DNA of 64,000 bases, taken from the NCBI GenBank assembly GCA_951406725.2, contig OX597815.1, positions 40,176,001 through 40,240,000 of the forward strand, in the 5' to 3' direction. Positions within the stretch are counted from its first letter, which is position 1; each line of letters opens with the position of its first letter. Origin of the DNA: Octopus vulgaris. Its lineage: Eukaryota. The notes under the pieces are model-generated. The model was not told the DNA's origin and did not search any database. It saw only the letters and a list, made by a program, of their open reading frames with translations. This document shows, one piece after another, positions 41,105 through 56,602 of the stretch. A program made the position numbers and the translations under genes.

Positions 41105-41347
41105 TCCTCTTTGACTACTATCGCAAACAACAGTAGCTTTCTTCAATTGAATACACGTCATTGATTGGTTAAAATTACCCAAATACAACAACTTTAACAT
41201 GAAATGACTTCTAAAATACGAAATTTTCTCAAAAATGTTCGAAGTAAATGTGTTCTGCATGAGAAATTACACCAGTATCCAAAGTTTCAAACAGTTTAGC
41301 TTAAAAAAAAATAATTAAAAAGTCTGTAAACCAAACTGAACAGATCC
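41105..41347 (-). mobile_element. Old copy of the GGATC-terminal MITE family
   Basis: Core ttgaatacacgtcattgattggtt; ends ...cagatcc. Confidence 0.6.
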
Positions 41348-41568
41348 TAAACATCTTACACATATAATAAAACACAATGTCCTTCACAGTCTGGTCACAC
41401 TAGTAGAAGGAAATTAACACGACAAACAGTGTGGGAGTGAATAACAGTCAGACATGCTAAATTAAGGTGAACTATTGTGAAAGATTTTGCTCTGAAGTTG
41501 CAAGTATTTTAATCAAAATGAAACATCAAATTTTTATCATGAATAATATTTATCAATCTCACACACAT

Positions 41569-41606
<38 letters not shown>

Positions 41607-42696
41607 CTGCATGTGTCTGTGTATGTCTTTATGTGTGCGTACATGTGAATGTGTATGTACATATATATAAATCTGTAATAAAAGATATGGATTCAGAGAA
41701 TTGTGTGGCTATTACAGAAAGCTGCTCTAATGGACTCAACTATCAGACCACACAGTAATCCAATACAGAGAAGTGTAATGCAGCTGAAATCCAAAAGATC
41801 CAGTCAATGAAATTACTTCAGGAGAAGTATATAAACAGTAAAATGTCAGGAGGTACAAAAAATGTATATAGATATTTAAGCACTTGACATCTTTAGGATT
41901 TTGGCTGTTTTGTAGCCATCTTCTAATGATTTCAGTGTAGAATAAAATTATGTTTACATGTTTGCTTTAATATGCATGTTATGCATTATACAATACAATT
42001 GTATATTCACAAATCAATGCAAATAAAGAAAGCTAACTCATCAGATCACCAGAACACCATGGTTTCAATTCTAAGTATACATACAAAATTTTCTCATTAT
42101 ATAAACAATGTATGGAAGCCCAAAATTAGCTTAGTTTGATCAGTAAGCGTAAAGATATGGTTTTTCATATCAGTTAAGGTATGAGATAGAAATTCAGGGA
42201 TCTGACCATCCTTAATGTTTATAAAAAAAATAACCAGGAAGGGATGAAAAGAGGAAGTAAAGTAGTTAAAGTAAAGATAATGTATACATTCATATACAAG
42301 CATGGATATGTACCTAGGGCAAGTGCCTTCTGTTATAGCCTAGGGCTGACCAAAGACTTGTGAATAGATTAGATAAATGGAAACTGAAAGAAACCCATCA
42401 TATGCATATATGTATGTGTGTGTTTATATATATAGAGAGAGAGAGGAAGTTAGTAAAAACTACATCCTTACATGTTGAAAAATTGACGCACAATAATAGC
42501 TATTAATGTGGATGTTCATTGGAGCATCTATTTTTCAACATGTAAGGATGTAGTTTTTACTAGCTTCCTCTCTCTTTCTCTCTCTCCCCCTCTCCCTCTC
42601 TCTTTCTCTCTCTCTCCTTCTTTTGTTCTCTCTCTCGCCCTCTCTCCCTCTTTCTTTCTCTCTCTCTCCCTCTCCCTCTCTCTCTCTCTCTCTCTG

Positions 42697-42743
<47 letters not shown>

Positions 42744-43475
42744 CCTGGCATGAGCATGTTGAAACTTGGTAAGAAAGTTAAATTTTCTTATCCTCTAACT
42801 TTTTTGAAAATAATATATATATGTGTGTGTGTGTGTGTGCCTAATTATTAATTAATCCACACATGGCCTTAAATATGGAAAAATTACACAAAATTAGCGA
42901 AACTGGATCCAAGAGCCAGTTAAATATTACTTTGTTCCTATACTTAAAAAAAAAAAACCTTTAGCTGCAAGACTCAAAAGTGTCTGCTGGATCAAGGTTA
43001 AGCAGGGACTAAACAATGAGAACCCTACTTTGAAATTTCTCCAAGACACCTGATGAAGGCTGGAGGGTATATCAGCTGATAAACAATAAACAAGATGTCG
43101 ACAAATATCTGTCAAATGTAAATAATGTATATAATTCCTCATCTCTTAAATATAGAACTGCATTATCTGGTAGAAGATATTTGCTCTCAGAGCAGTGCAG
43201 GGGGTTCAAATCTAGAACCATGTGGTTGCGAAGCGACCATTTTAACCAAATATCTATGCCTGCATTAATGAAAAGATATAATATTGGTTTCTGAAATTGG
43301 TACAAGACTAAATCAACCTCAGTATCTTACTGGTACTGTCGTTATTGACCTCGAGAAGATGAAACGCAAAATTGATCTCGGAAGAAATTGAACTTGGAAT
43401 GTGAAAAATATTAGTGATAAACTGATATTAGGAGTGAGATCCTTTTGATTCAATACTTCACATTGTAGATAATAA

Positions 43476-43770
43476 TCATCATCATTGGTTAACATCCGTT
43501 TTCCATGCTAGCATGGGTTGGACAGTTCAACCAGGGTCTGGGAAGCCAGGAGGCTGCACCAGGCTCCAGTCTGATCTGGCAGTGTCTCTACAGCTGGATG
43601 CCCTTCCTAACGCCAACCACTCCGTGAGTGTAATGGGTGCTTTTTACGTGCCACTGGCACAGGTGCCAGGGGTGGCCACGATCAGTTGGTGCTTTTTGCA
43701 TGCCACCGGCACAGAAGCCAAGTCAAGGCTGCGCTGGCATCAGCCACGTTCAGATGGTGCTTTTTACGTG
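43476..43770 (-). mobile_element. Family B RTE 3' UTR copy
   Basis: Tail plus three array units. Confidence 0.78.
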
Positions 43771-45423
43771 GTTAAAGGAGATGACCAAAAGTACCGATAT
43801 TCCTCGTAAAATGGGCTGGGGGAGAAAGCCCAATATTTTAATTAACATTGGTTTCAAATTTTAGCACAGCCTGCAGTTTCAAGGGAAGTGAAAAAAACGA
43901 TTACATCAACCCCAGTGCTCAACTACTGCTTATTTATCGGCCTGGGATGAATTTCAGTGTGAAGACGAGCGAAATACCGCTGAGATTTTTTTTTTTTTTT
44001 TTTTTTGCGGATCGGTACCAGTTCAGCATTAACATCGCTGAAAACGACTTAACCCCTCTCCTAAAATCGTTGGCTTTGTACCAAAATTTTAAACTTGAAG
44101 TATTTCTAATATCAGCACAAGGCTCATGTTATTTATGGCTACTGAATTGCACATTCAATTCATTTTAATTAATGTGTGTACTTGGAGTTAATCGTTAAGA
44201 TAATGAGTGTTCTCATTACTAAGAGGATAATTTTAATGAATTACAATATCTTAGTTTCTGCATCAAACATCTTAGCACCTATTTTACTTCAAAAGTATAG
44301 CTGAATTATCTCCCTTGACCCAAATACCTTTATCATGGGATTACTCCTTTTCGAGTTAATTTCCCTTTCCTATGTATGCCTATACAACGTAACTCTCTTT
44401 AAATCCAGCTTCGAGCTGTTTTGTGCATCAACATTGGAGACAACTTAATCCATATCTGATAATCCCTGAAATATATACATTCCGAAACCAATTATCACCA
44501 TCGATAAAAGTTGCACATTAATCTGCAAAACACAAAAAACTTTCTCATTTTGTGCTTCCCAAATTTTGGTAAAAGTAATATGTTTAGCTACTCGGCAGCA
44601 TCATAGCAGGGTACAATAACAGCGACCAAGTACTTGACCAAGCAGGCTTGCCATTATTTGTAGTCGAAAATTACGATGACTTCTGTAGATAACCGGACAG
44701 CTTTCTGTTCACTTTTCCTCATTTTTTTCCCCGCAATACCGTCACTCATTTATTAAAAAGCAATTTTATTGCATTCAGTAATGATGCCCTGAAGACGGCG
44801 AGTTGGCAGAATTGTTAGTACACCGATGGAAATGCTTAGCGATATTTCGTCTGCGCATTTCGCCCGGCGTGCTAACAGAAATACCGACAGATCAAATGAT
44901 GCTACCAGCATAATTATAGTGTTGTGTAAATAACGGTTACATTCCTTTACTCGTCTTTGCTTTCCCAACTTTAAGAGACCGATAATCACCTGGCATAAAA
45001 CTGGTATCGAGGTTAGTACATTTGAAGGTGGTGCCTGGGTATGGATGCAGTCCAATGACAGAAAATATTTATCTTTTCGTAAATTTTCTTATATTTTTCT
45101 GAATTTTCTTTCGTTTTTCTTCTCTTATCCCGAGCGGTAAATATAGGTAAAGTTTACATTAAATATTAGCGTACTAAATTAATTATAATGTTTAAATAAT
45201 GTAGATTTATACAATAAAAGGAAATAAAAAGAAAACTTGTATTTTTAATTTAGGAACACCTAATCAATTATATAATTAAACAATACGTAAGTATATTGTT
45301 CATGGATAGTGATAAGAATTTTTTTGTTTTGTTTTGAAATGTTCTTTCACTATCATTCTTTCATTTCTACTAAAATTATTTCCAATGCTGTATTTGTCCA
45401 TGTATGAGGCACTCTCACATAAG

Positions 45424-45782
45424 TGCATTTTGTCAATCTTAGTCACAGGTTTTTAAATTAAGTTGTTTTGACTAGACAGTTTGAAACTTCGGATAGTAGT
45501 TGAATGTGTCACGTAGAACAAAGTTTACTCTTAACGTTTTTGACAAAATTTTATATTTTAGAAGTTATTTCGTGTTAAAGTTGTTGTATTTGGGTAATTT
45601 TAACCAATTATTCAGTATTCAGCTGAAGAAAGTTACTGCTGCTGTTTGCGAACAACAACTTCCACGTCCATTGACAAAACGATGAACCTTCGACAACAGA
45701 AAAATTTTAATTGAAAATCTCCCCTAACAAAAATGAGAACAAAAAATTATTTTAAAATCTGTGACTGAGGTTAACAAGATCC
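45424..45782 (+). mobile_element. Old copy of the GGATC-terminal MITE family
   Basis: Shared core and degenerate TIRs (ttagtcacaggttttt / aaaatctgtgactga...aagatcc). Confidence 0.6.
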
Positions 45783-47059
45783 TCCCTATTTTACAAATAT
45801 ATTTTATGTACAAAGCAAAGTTAGTATGTTTCATAATTGAAAGATATATTTTAATAGTTTTGTAGGAGTAAATGTATGATTCTGTGCATGTGAATACAAC
45901 AATGCTGTGATAGTATATTGGAATAAAGTATGAAACCATAAATTTATTATATATAAACTATGTTTTTCAAGCACTGTATTTCAACTCTATCTTCTTTTAG
46001 ATCAACGATATTGTTGTTTGCATTTTTGGTCAAGAGAATTACCGTAGAAGATCTAAAACTCGTATTTCTGGTTATTGAATGTTTTGTGTAACTGTGAACA
46101 GCCACCAGGGTGGTGCACACCATTATCGCTTTGCTGTTGTCCATTTATTGGAAATAACTGACAGGTGGATGAAAGTTTGAATTTCTTATCACTTTTCTAG
46201 GGAAAATCTTTTATTTAGATAATTTTTTTAATGTTTTTTAAAGGCAACAGTCATTAAATAATGTAAAACACATATCAGGTGTGGGTTTAAATAAACTGGA
46301 AAAGCAGGTATAAAGAGGTGATGTGACCACTCCACATAACCGCCTACGTAACGTAAGCAATCTTCATAAGTTTATGGCTAACAGACAGCCAATATTTTGT
46401 ATTGTTTTTAATATCTTATTATAAATAATAATTATTGTGTCTAGCGGACGTATACTTATCCTGCTTCCAAGCGTACAACCCTCGGTCAGCCTCCGTAATA
46501 CGGATGCATTGGGGGAGGAAGAGGGGATATATTTAAAAATATAAAAGTAATTTAGAAATCTATTGTATTGGCCCATTAAAACAGGAAGACAAGTCGAAGG
46601 GCGGAAGAAAATACTTTAAGGTATTTTTAGTCCTGCTCTCTATCAACCAAATCACCACCATATATACATGTCAAGAAATCTTGGGAAAATCGATGCAAGA
46701 CACACTTGAAGAATAATGGTTTATAGAGTTCTTCGTTTGATCGACTGTCAATAGGAGAAATAACAGTCAATCACACAAGTTTTGAACGGTCATTTAGACT
46801 AACATTTGTAATCTGCTTTTCCAGCTGTAGAAATTGTGATTAAAGCAGGAAACAGTTAAACAAAAGTAATGTTAAGCATGAACTATTTCCTTTGTCAATT
46901 TATTTCGAGAAGCTTGAAATTACCAACATGCAGTCTTGTGCAGCCTATCTTCAAATGCATCTTCTACTAAAACTTCACTCATTAACTGATTCAAATAATT
47001 TATATTTCAACTGGTCGTTGGGTGTTTTTAGCGAAAGTTGTTCTGTCTTCCGCTAATTC

Positions 47060-47290
47060 TTCCTAAGTCGATGCAAAGACTTGGGTAAGTTAGCTCAAGA
47101 CAGGACCGCATGGAAAACCTCAGTGACTAAAGGAGTCATACAGCTCAAGGAAGAAAACATCCTGGCTCTCGAAGCAAAAGGAAGATAGCATACCGCAACC
47201 CTGCACCTTCCTTGCTTGCAGATTTTGCAGCAGAACTTGCTCATCAAGCATTGGAAGGGTCAGGCACGAGAGAAGCTACACGAAGAAGAC
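47060..47290 (+). mobile_element. RTE LINE C-terminal fragment
   Basis: WVKLAQDRTAWKTSV followed by a CRFCSRTC..IGRVRHER zinc-knuckle-like motif. Confidence 0.55.
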
Positions 47291-48015
47291 TATGTTTGGT
47301 TCAATGTCAGTGTGATTAGTGGGCTTCAAGTTATAGAGATATCACTGTTGAAAATTTGGATCCATACCCACTTTCTTTAAGCATATCATTCAGGTCACGT
47401 CAAAGGTCTAAGAATAACTACCTCCCACCAGTCTTGGGACCTTGAAAAAGTTCATGAATGCTACCTATCCTGCTGTAACTGAGACATTAGAAACAAAAAG
47501 AAAATAATGAATAACATTGAAAAGCTAGAAAAACAGCTGATTTTCTTTCCTTTCCTTGACAGTTTTTTATAAATATTCATCAATAATTTTCTTTCATTTT
47601 TCTATATCGTTAGTGTATTTCACACAAGTTGAACCAATTAAAATTATTTCTTTGCTTTCTTTTTCTTCTTACCTTATATTTATTCAATGCAACTAAACCA
47701 AAATTAATTTGTGTGTTAAAAGATCTCACATTTCTGGGTTAATAATTATTGCAGAAAATGTAAACGAAACATTAAGTTTAGTCCTGAGAAATATCTCAAG
47801 GAAAATCTTTTCTGCATTTTGCTGTCTTTATAATCTTTATTCATTTGTAACCTTGTATCTACATTCTTGTCATAGGAATAAATTAATATTTATTCATATA
47901 TTTTAATTACTTGTTCATATATCTGCATCCATTTTTCCGTGTAGAAATTTCAAATTTATTAAATTAAGATATGTTTATAAGCCTAAATCGAAAATTGATA
48001 TTTTTCAAAGTATAT

Positions 48016-48892
48016 GGATCTTTTCCCCTTCAATAGCAGATCGAGAAATTAATTTTTTTGTAACTAAACACTTTCAAACTTCGGACACTGGTAGAATGTG
48101 TCATATAAAACATCTTTTACTCTTAGCGTTTTTGAGAAAAGTTTATATTTACGAAGTTATTTCATGTTAAAGTTGTATTTCAGTAATTTCAACCAATCAA
48201 TGACGTGTATTCAGCTGAATAAAATTACTGCCGTTGTTTGTCAACAACAACTATCGGCGGTGTATATTTCGTTTATCACTGTTATTTATGACATCGTTCG
48301 TGCGTTTGTACTGGTTTTAGCTTTGAGGTTTTAGGGTTAGGGTTAGGGTTTTAGGGTTAGGATTAGGGTTTTAGGGTTAAGGTTAGGGTTAGGGTTTTAG
48401 AGTTAGGGTTAGGGTTTTAGGGTTAGGATTAGGGTTTTAGGGTTAGGGTTAGGGTTTTAGGGTTAGAGTTACGGGAAAAAATGAAAAATAAAGAAATTGG
48501 AGGGGTAGGGGGTGCAAAAAGTCTTTCCAAAAATAGTAACTAAAAAAACTGGAAAAAAACTAAAAGCAGTAGACTTTTTGCACCCCCTACCCCTCCAATT
48601 TCTTTATTTTTCATTTTTTCCCGTAACTCTAACCCTAAAACCCTAACCCTAACCCTAAAACCCCAACCCTAACCCTAAAACCCTAACCCTAAAACCCTAA
48701 AACCCTAACCCTAATCTTAACCCTAAAACCCTAATCCTAACCCTAAAACCCTAACCCTAACCCTAAAACCCTAACCCTAAAACCTCAAAGCTAAAACCAG
48801 TACAAACGCACGAACGATGTCATAAATAACAGTGACAAACGAAATATGCACCACCGGAAGTTGTTGTTGACGAACAACTGCAATAATTTTAG
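48016..48892. mobile_element. Foldback MITE with inverted (TTAGGG/TTTTAGGG)n arrays, right end truncated
   Basis: Starts GGATCTTTT. Arms at about 48225-48534 and 48571-48892 are reverse complements around a spacer of about 36 nt. Confidence 0.8.
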
Positions 48893-49069
48893 TTAAGTAC
48901 TTCATCATAACGTTTTGCACAACAGAGGTACTCGGGGACAGTTGGTAGCTTCACTTAATCCGTTGCCCTATTTAATTTCACCGCCTAGAACTCTGTTGCA
49001 AGCACTCGGGCCAGATCTCCAGTTTGAAGATATTTTCCTTCTTTCCTCCCACTAATCCATGTAGAGGGA

Positions 49070-49156
<87 letters not shown>

Positions 49157-49164
49157 CATTATGC

Positions 49165-49800
49165 TAGTTTAGTTACCTGGTATTCTATCTTGAATTTGTT
49201 GATAAATAAAAAATCTCCAGAATCTTCTTTAAAATTCTTGTAGAATATAGGATGGTGCATTTCTGTAGGTCGACAATGCAAGTTTCAATTGCAATATCTT
49301 TCAGTCTTATAGGTAACATTTTGGATGTTGTGTCAAGTGCAGCAATTACTAAAAGAATAATTGTTGTCTTGGTCATTCACTGTCTCCTCAGCCCCCTTGC
49401 TAGATCCTGATATTTCCCAATTTTTTTTCAATTTCTTTGAAATTGACTCTGCTATCATGGGAATTGCAAAATCTATTATCTTACATTGTTTATCTTGTCC
49501 TTTGTAATTATATTTGGCCTTCTTGCTTCAATAGTATGGTCATTCTTTATGGGGAAGTCCCAAAAGGTCTTGTAATTCTCATTTTCTATCACAGCCACTG
49601 TTCTGATATTTTGAAGCCACACATTGAGCTAAAATGCACTCTTTTGTCTACACAGACATGTCTGCGCTTATACTCCTTTTGTGCTAGTATACTGCACTCA
49701 CTGAAAAGGTGATTGATACATTTGCTTTCTGAGTTATGTCGATCTTTGCCTTTATCAGATTTGTTCTAATGGCTTGTTCCTGAGAGGCTATAATTAGCGT
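49165..49800 (-). mobile_element. R4/Dong-like (restriction-like endonuclease) non-LTR relic between (TAA)n tracts
   Basis: Minus-strand reading: IEARRPNII...IDFAIPHDSRVNFKE...KYQDLARGLRR...IILLVIAAL...STRILKKILE, an RPD/PD-(D/E)xK-type RLE region. Confidence 0.65.
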
Positions 49801-49811
49801 TTTAGTTATTA

Positions 49812-51099
<1,288 letters not shown>

Positions 51100-52937
51100 C
51101 ATCATCATCATTATTATTATTATTATTTCGCAACATCAATGGAAAATGGATTTTTTGGTACTCATGTATTTCCTTTTACATTTTGATTTCAAATCCCATC
51201 GATGATGCCTTTCTTCATTGGGGGGGGGTCAATAAAATAAGGACCAGTCAAATATTTAAATCGGTTTAATTGGCTAAACCATCCACAAAAATGTATAGCA
51301 TAAAGTTCTAAATTTTTGTCTCTTCTTTTTTAAAGTATCCACCTCTCACCCAACTACACAGTCCGGGTTCAGTCCTACTGCATGGTACCTTGCAGTATAG
51401 CCCTGGTATAGCCCTGGGTAGACGGAAACTGAAAGACGCCCGTTGTATATGTGTATGGGTGCCTTTGTTTTTGTTTGTTGTCCACTACCACTTGACAACC
51501 GGTGTTGGTTTGATTATGTCTCCGTAACCTAGTGGTTAGTAACGATATCGATAAATAAGGACTAGGCTTTTAAAAAACTAAGTACTGAGGTCGATTCGTT
51601 TGAATGAAACCCTTCAAGGTGGTGACCCAGGATGACCACAGTCCACTGAGTGAAACAAGAAAAGGCAAAAGATTATTCATAATGTATTTTACTTATTGAA
51701 GATTTTAGATAGTGATTTGAGGGTGATTTGGCTGTTATTTCAAGTAGGATGACCTTCTAGTAAATGTAAATGTGGAGCTACAGGTAGCTTTATTGTTTGT
51801 CGCAATCAGATTTATTCAGTCGTTTTACAAATTATTTTGAGAAGTTTTCTCATGTTGCAGAAATTTTCTCAATTATTTTGTTTTTTATTTATTTATTTCT
51901 TTATACTTCTTTTACTTTGATGTTATATCAGTATGAACACACGTGAGACACGTGGGAACATACTGTTCCCATGTGTCTCACGTGTGTTCACTAAGTGTGC
52001 TTAAGGTTTTTGATGGTTATATAATTAGGTTACGAATTTGTGCAAAACATTACTGTGTATTTTCATGTACTGGATGTAGCTTTTCTGATTTCTTATGTTA
52101 TGCTAAGGATTTTAAACAGAGTATCTTGATTTTTCCTATTTTAGAGGTAAGAACTGTCCCTTTCTTAAAATTGAGTTTCGTACAGCAGATCCAAATTCTG
52201 CTGTAAACAGTTCCCTCTCCCAAATGGAGATAACTGCAGCGGTCAACCGCCCCACCTCTCAAAAAGGGCAAGATAGTGCAGTTTCCAGTTCTCTCTCCCA
52301 AATGGAGGTATGTACAGCGATTGCCTTCTCCCAAAATATTTTCCTTACGCCTACATTGAAAGTAATGGATAACGAAATGGTGTTGTGCTAACTTAATGGC
52401 TTCCTGTTATTCAACAACATCCCTTTATTTTACTTTACCTTTTCATGGCCAAAAAATATGTACCAGTAAGATACTGAGGTCTATTCAACCGGCTGCTGCT
52501 GTTGTTGATCCTACAGCTCTGAGACGCATACACTGGTGGAAAGAGGAGGAGGAGGAGGAGGAGGTGGTGTGTGTGTGTGTGTAAACAAATATTTTCTAAA
52601 TTTTTCAGTTCATCTGGGTCGACAAAAAAAAAATTTATAGAATGTCACACATGATAAGTTAACTCCCTCTCTGGTAGGAAAGCTGTTTTATATCTAACCC
52701 AAAGATCTGGGTTAAGAACGTGATCTACTAACCCCTGTAATTCATTAAAAGGCATTTACGTAAGACAGAGAAGAGACACGAGACGAAGACAGATATTTGA
52801 GCTCACAAAAGATCTTTTTTTATGTGGTAATTCGATCTGCTTCCGATGTGAACTCGAGTGAGAAATAACGAAAGATTGCCCGCGTGGAAAAATAGATGTA
52901 AGAGGTGAAAGAGAGGAAGAAATAGGCAATAGTCAAA

Positions 52938-52976
<39 letters not shown>

Positions 52977-53462
52977 AGAGAGAGAGAGAGGCGGGAGGGA
53001 GGGAGAAGGCGTTCACTTTACTGTAGCATATTTATAACTTTAATCTAAACAGCATTCATTAAAGATATATTCGTGAGTCGATCATTTCCTGGCTGTTCAC
53101 GACAATGCTAGAGACTGCATTTTGCATTTTTATGACATTAGTATTCATCATGTGCGATATAAAATAAATAAAATCTAGAAACAAATGTAGCTATGTTTAG
53201 AGATATTCTGCTCATGGTTGATTTACTGTTTACTACAACAGTGTCCTTGCGGCACACATACATTAGATGTACACTATTGATTGTACCGTTTGTGTCATAG
53301 AAGCATATTGCTTTATCAAAAATCAGGTCACAGTCGTCTTACCAATTAAGGGTTGATATGTACCAGTGAATCCATTAATACTGTGCATGACTAACCAAGC
53401 TGCACTTATAATCGATGGTATGTAACATTATAACATTTCGAGTTAATGATATAACTGATTTT

Positions 53463-53510
<48 letters not shown>

Positions 53511-53513
<3 letters not shown>

Positions 53514-53970
53514 CTCTACTTGTGAAGACCTGTTGAGGCAAGTGAGAATCAGAATCGAAATCGATCAATGGAAATTGCAGCTGAGATACAAGTGCCGGTG
53601 GCACGTAAGAGAACCATCCGAACGTGGCCGTTGCCAGCGCCGCCCCGACTGGCCTCGTACCGGTGGCACGTAAAAAGCACCATCCGTTCGTGGCCGTTGC
53701 CAGCCTCGCCTGGCCCCCGTGCCGGTGGCACATAAAAAGCACCATCCGATCGTGGCCGTTTGCCAGATTCGTCTGGCACCTGTGCTGGTGGCACGTAAAA
53801 AGCACCCACTACACTCATGGAGTGATTGGCGTTAGGAAGGGCATCCAGCCATAGAAACATTGCCAGATCAGACTGGGTCTGGTGTAGCCTTCTGGCTTCC
53901 CAGACCCCAGTTGAACCGTCCAACCCATGCTAGCATGGAAAGCGGACGCTAAACGATGATGATGATGATG
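53511..53970 (+). mobile_element. Family B RTE 3' UTR copy (well preserved)
   Basis: Four units starting near 53592, 53656, 53718 and 53781; terminal hairpin; (GAT)n tail. Confidence 0.85.
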
Positions 53971-54252
53971 AAATATATGCAATACCTTCGAAACGCGGAG
54001 TAGATGAAACAGAGGCGGCTGAAGAAGGTGAATGTTCCTTGTGTTGTATGTCTTGTACTCTATTTTTTCGTTGTTTAAGAAAAATGTCCATTTCCTTGGT
54101 TTTGTGTTTATGTTTTCGTTTCTCATTGTGTTCGACGTTTTTTTTTTTTTTTGGTGTCCTGTACCCATATATGCATGTATATATACATGAAGATGTAGGT
54201 ACGTACATATATGTATGTATATATGCATATGTTTTATTTATTAATTTGTTAT

Positions 54253-54297
<45 letters not shown>

Positions 54298-56602
54298 AAT
54301 ATATCTGTCTATGTTCTGAATCGTGGGTAGAAGGTAACGTTTATAAGATTAAAAGAAAATTTAAATACTACAGTGAAGAGCACGATTCCACGATTCTTGA
54401 AAGCTGCAAAGTAGAGGAATTACAACATTTTCCAAATCACAGATATCCATGTGGTGTTTTGATGTGAGGCAATAATATCCAAGAAAATCCAATGGATGCT
54501 ATCTCTTCAGTGAAAGACCCGGTTTCATTTCAAGGACAGACTGCAGAGAAGTAAAACGCCATACTTGGGAAGTAAATACGCTTTTCCAGATTCAAAAAGT
54601 TTTTGAAACATTTTTATGAAGTATGGCATCAAACTTTGAAGCTACTTTTGTCTCTGTCTCTGCATGTACTTCACCTAATTCTTGCCATGTCAAAGGATGC
54701 GATCATACTGCACACGCCATGGTATTACATGCAATAAGAAAAACATAGGACCATAGAAATAACGAAAACATCCCCCCCAAAACATACATACCTTCATATA
54801 AAGACACAAGAGAAACATGCGTGTTTGTGTGAGTGTGGGCACGTATATGCACATACATAAATTAATATAAATTAATATCGGCAACCCTACCAAGCTCGCT
54901 TGGTGAGGAGGGTGTTTATTGGTCAACCTGCGAGATGAAAAACAAAACCCGTCAAAGGGCGGAGGAACTCTTGAGAGTCAACGGCCATCCAATAAATGTC
55001 TTAAAGCTGTATCATGCGCGGGGACATAGAAATAATCGGATTGAATACCCGATCGCGCAGTTAAACCAATGGGAGTGAAGGACTCCTAGCCTTTGTCAGG
55101 GCATCCTTCTAGGAGAAGGCAACTCAGGTAACTGGGATAACTCCGACGTAAAACCTGCGGCTCAGTGGTTACCGATGATGTTGACTTGTTCTTCTTTTCG
55201 GATTATGGCTGCTGTTGCTTAGTGAGTGGGATTGACTCAGTGCACAGCCTTTCCTCACTTAAAAAAATATCTTCTTGCACAGGCATTGCACGATAACAAC
55301 ATTGATTAAGCTTCGTGCAATGGCCATACTCGATAACGAGGGGGCAGCCACCATGTATGCATATGATGGATTCTCTCGTCGTGAACAACAAATGAGGGTT
55401 CAGTAAAATAAAGCGGCAATCATATTCAATGGACATGAATGTGTCTCTTGAGGCCTGCTGGTGCCTTGCAAACTTTTTGGCAAATGGAACAAGTTGACGA
55501 TTCGGTTTGCTCAAGAACTTGTGGATCATTTACTATCTGTTTTTTTTTTTTGTTTTTTTTTTTTTAGTGGACGGCAAGGCCTGCTTTGCACCATACCACA
55601 AAACCACAATGATAGGTAAGGTTTTCATTTAGAGAAGCAACGTTTTGCCAGCCTTCCTTCATACTTGCACGAAGTTGGTCCCAATGTATACAGAGAGAGA
55701 GAGAGAGTCCTCTGTCCTCTCTCTCTCAAATTCACATGACCCTGATCCTACTCCTCCCCACTCTTTATTTTTCATGACATGAAAAAGTTTCTCTCAGTGA
55801 CATAGATTGTTATCTGTTAACTGATTGACGTATGTCTCCACAGGGCATCCATTGCGACTACGGCCATATTGAGGTATCCAAAGTAGGGTATCATTAATCA
55901 ACTCCTCACTACTTTTCCAGCAGTTGTCTGATACTTTCAGAAGCTGATTGTATTATCTTTCTTTGTTGAGGTGCTTTTTCCAGGACGTATTCAAAAAAGG
56001 TATGAAGCAGCGCATAGAGCAGCCATCTAACATACTTTCAAGCCGTTTGGTTAGTGTCTATGTGAAAGACGCATAAAGAAACACAGATTTAGCCACTACG
56101 TGGAAGAAGTTCTTTTTCAGATTCTCTCAGAGCTTGGATTTCCATATTATGCGAAAACTGTTAACTGCTGCACAAGCTTAGCTCATAACAAGTTTAACAC
56201 CTGACCCTGTAAATACTATTACATAAGAGGTATGTGAAAGAAGGGAAAGCACGTGTTCTAGTGGTTAAGGTGTTGCAATCGCAACACCGTAGTCTCAGTT
56301 CCCAGATCGAGTGATGCGTTGTGTTTTTGAGCAAAGCACTTCATTTCAAGTTGGTCCAGTCAACTCAGCACTGAGGGAAGATATTGATCTCAGTCACTTA
56401 TATGGCATCGACAACCGAGAAACCGGCCCTTATGAATTCTAGGACATGAGACAGTGTTTATTTACGTGAAAGAACTTACTGGTTTATCGAGCTTCCAAAA
56501 AACGAGATGATGGTACCTTCGAAATTGAATCTGAAGATTTCTGTTTTTCTAGCGTTAACATAGAAATCAATACACTGCGCCACCACATGCCGCCTTCTAG
56601 AT

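Noticed and set aside
46099-46118. CTCF-like motif GCCACCAGGGTGGTGC
   Set aside because: Needs an insertion to fit the consensus; a single weak match is expected by chance.
48325-48790. Ancestral telomere-telomere chromosome fusion site
   Set aside because: The inverted symmetry extends into non-telomeric MITE sequence that recurs at 59.2, 61.8 and 62.5 kb, so it is a foldback transposon.
52700-53200. Possible promoter or first exon of a second gene near the (GA)n tract
   Set aside because: Unique-looking sequence, but no recognisable coding frame or splice pair could be supported.
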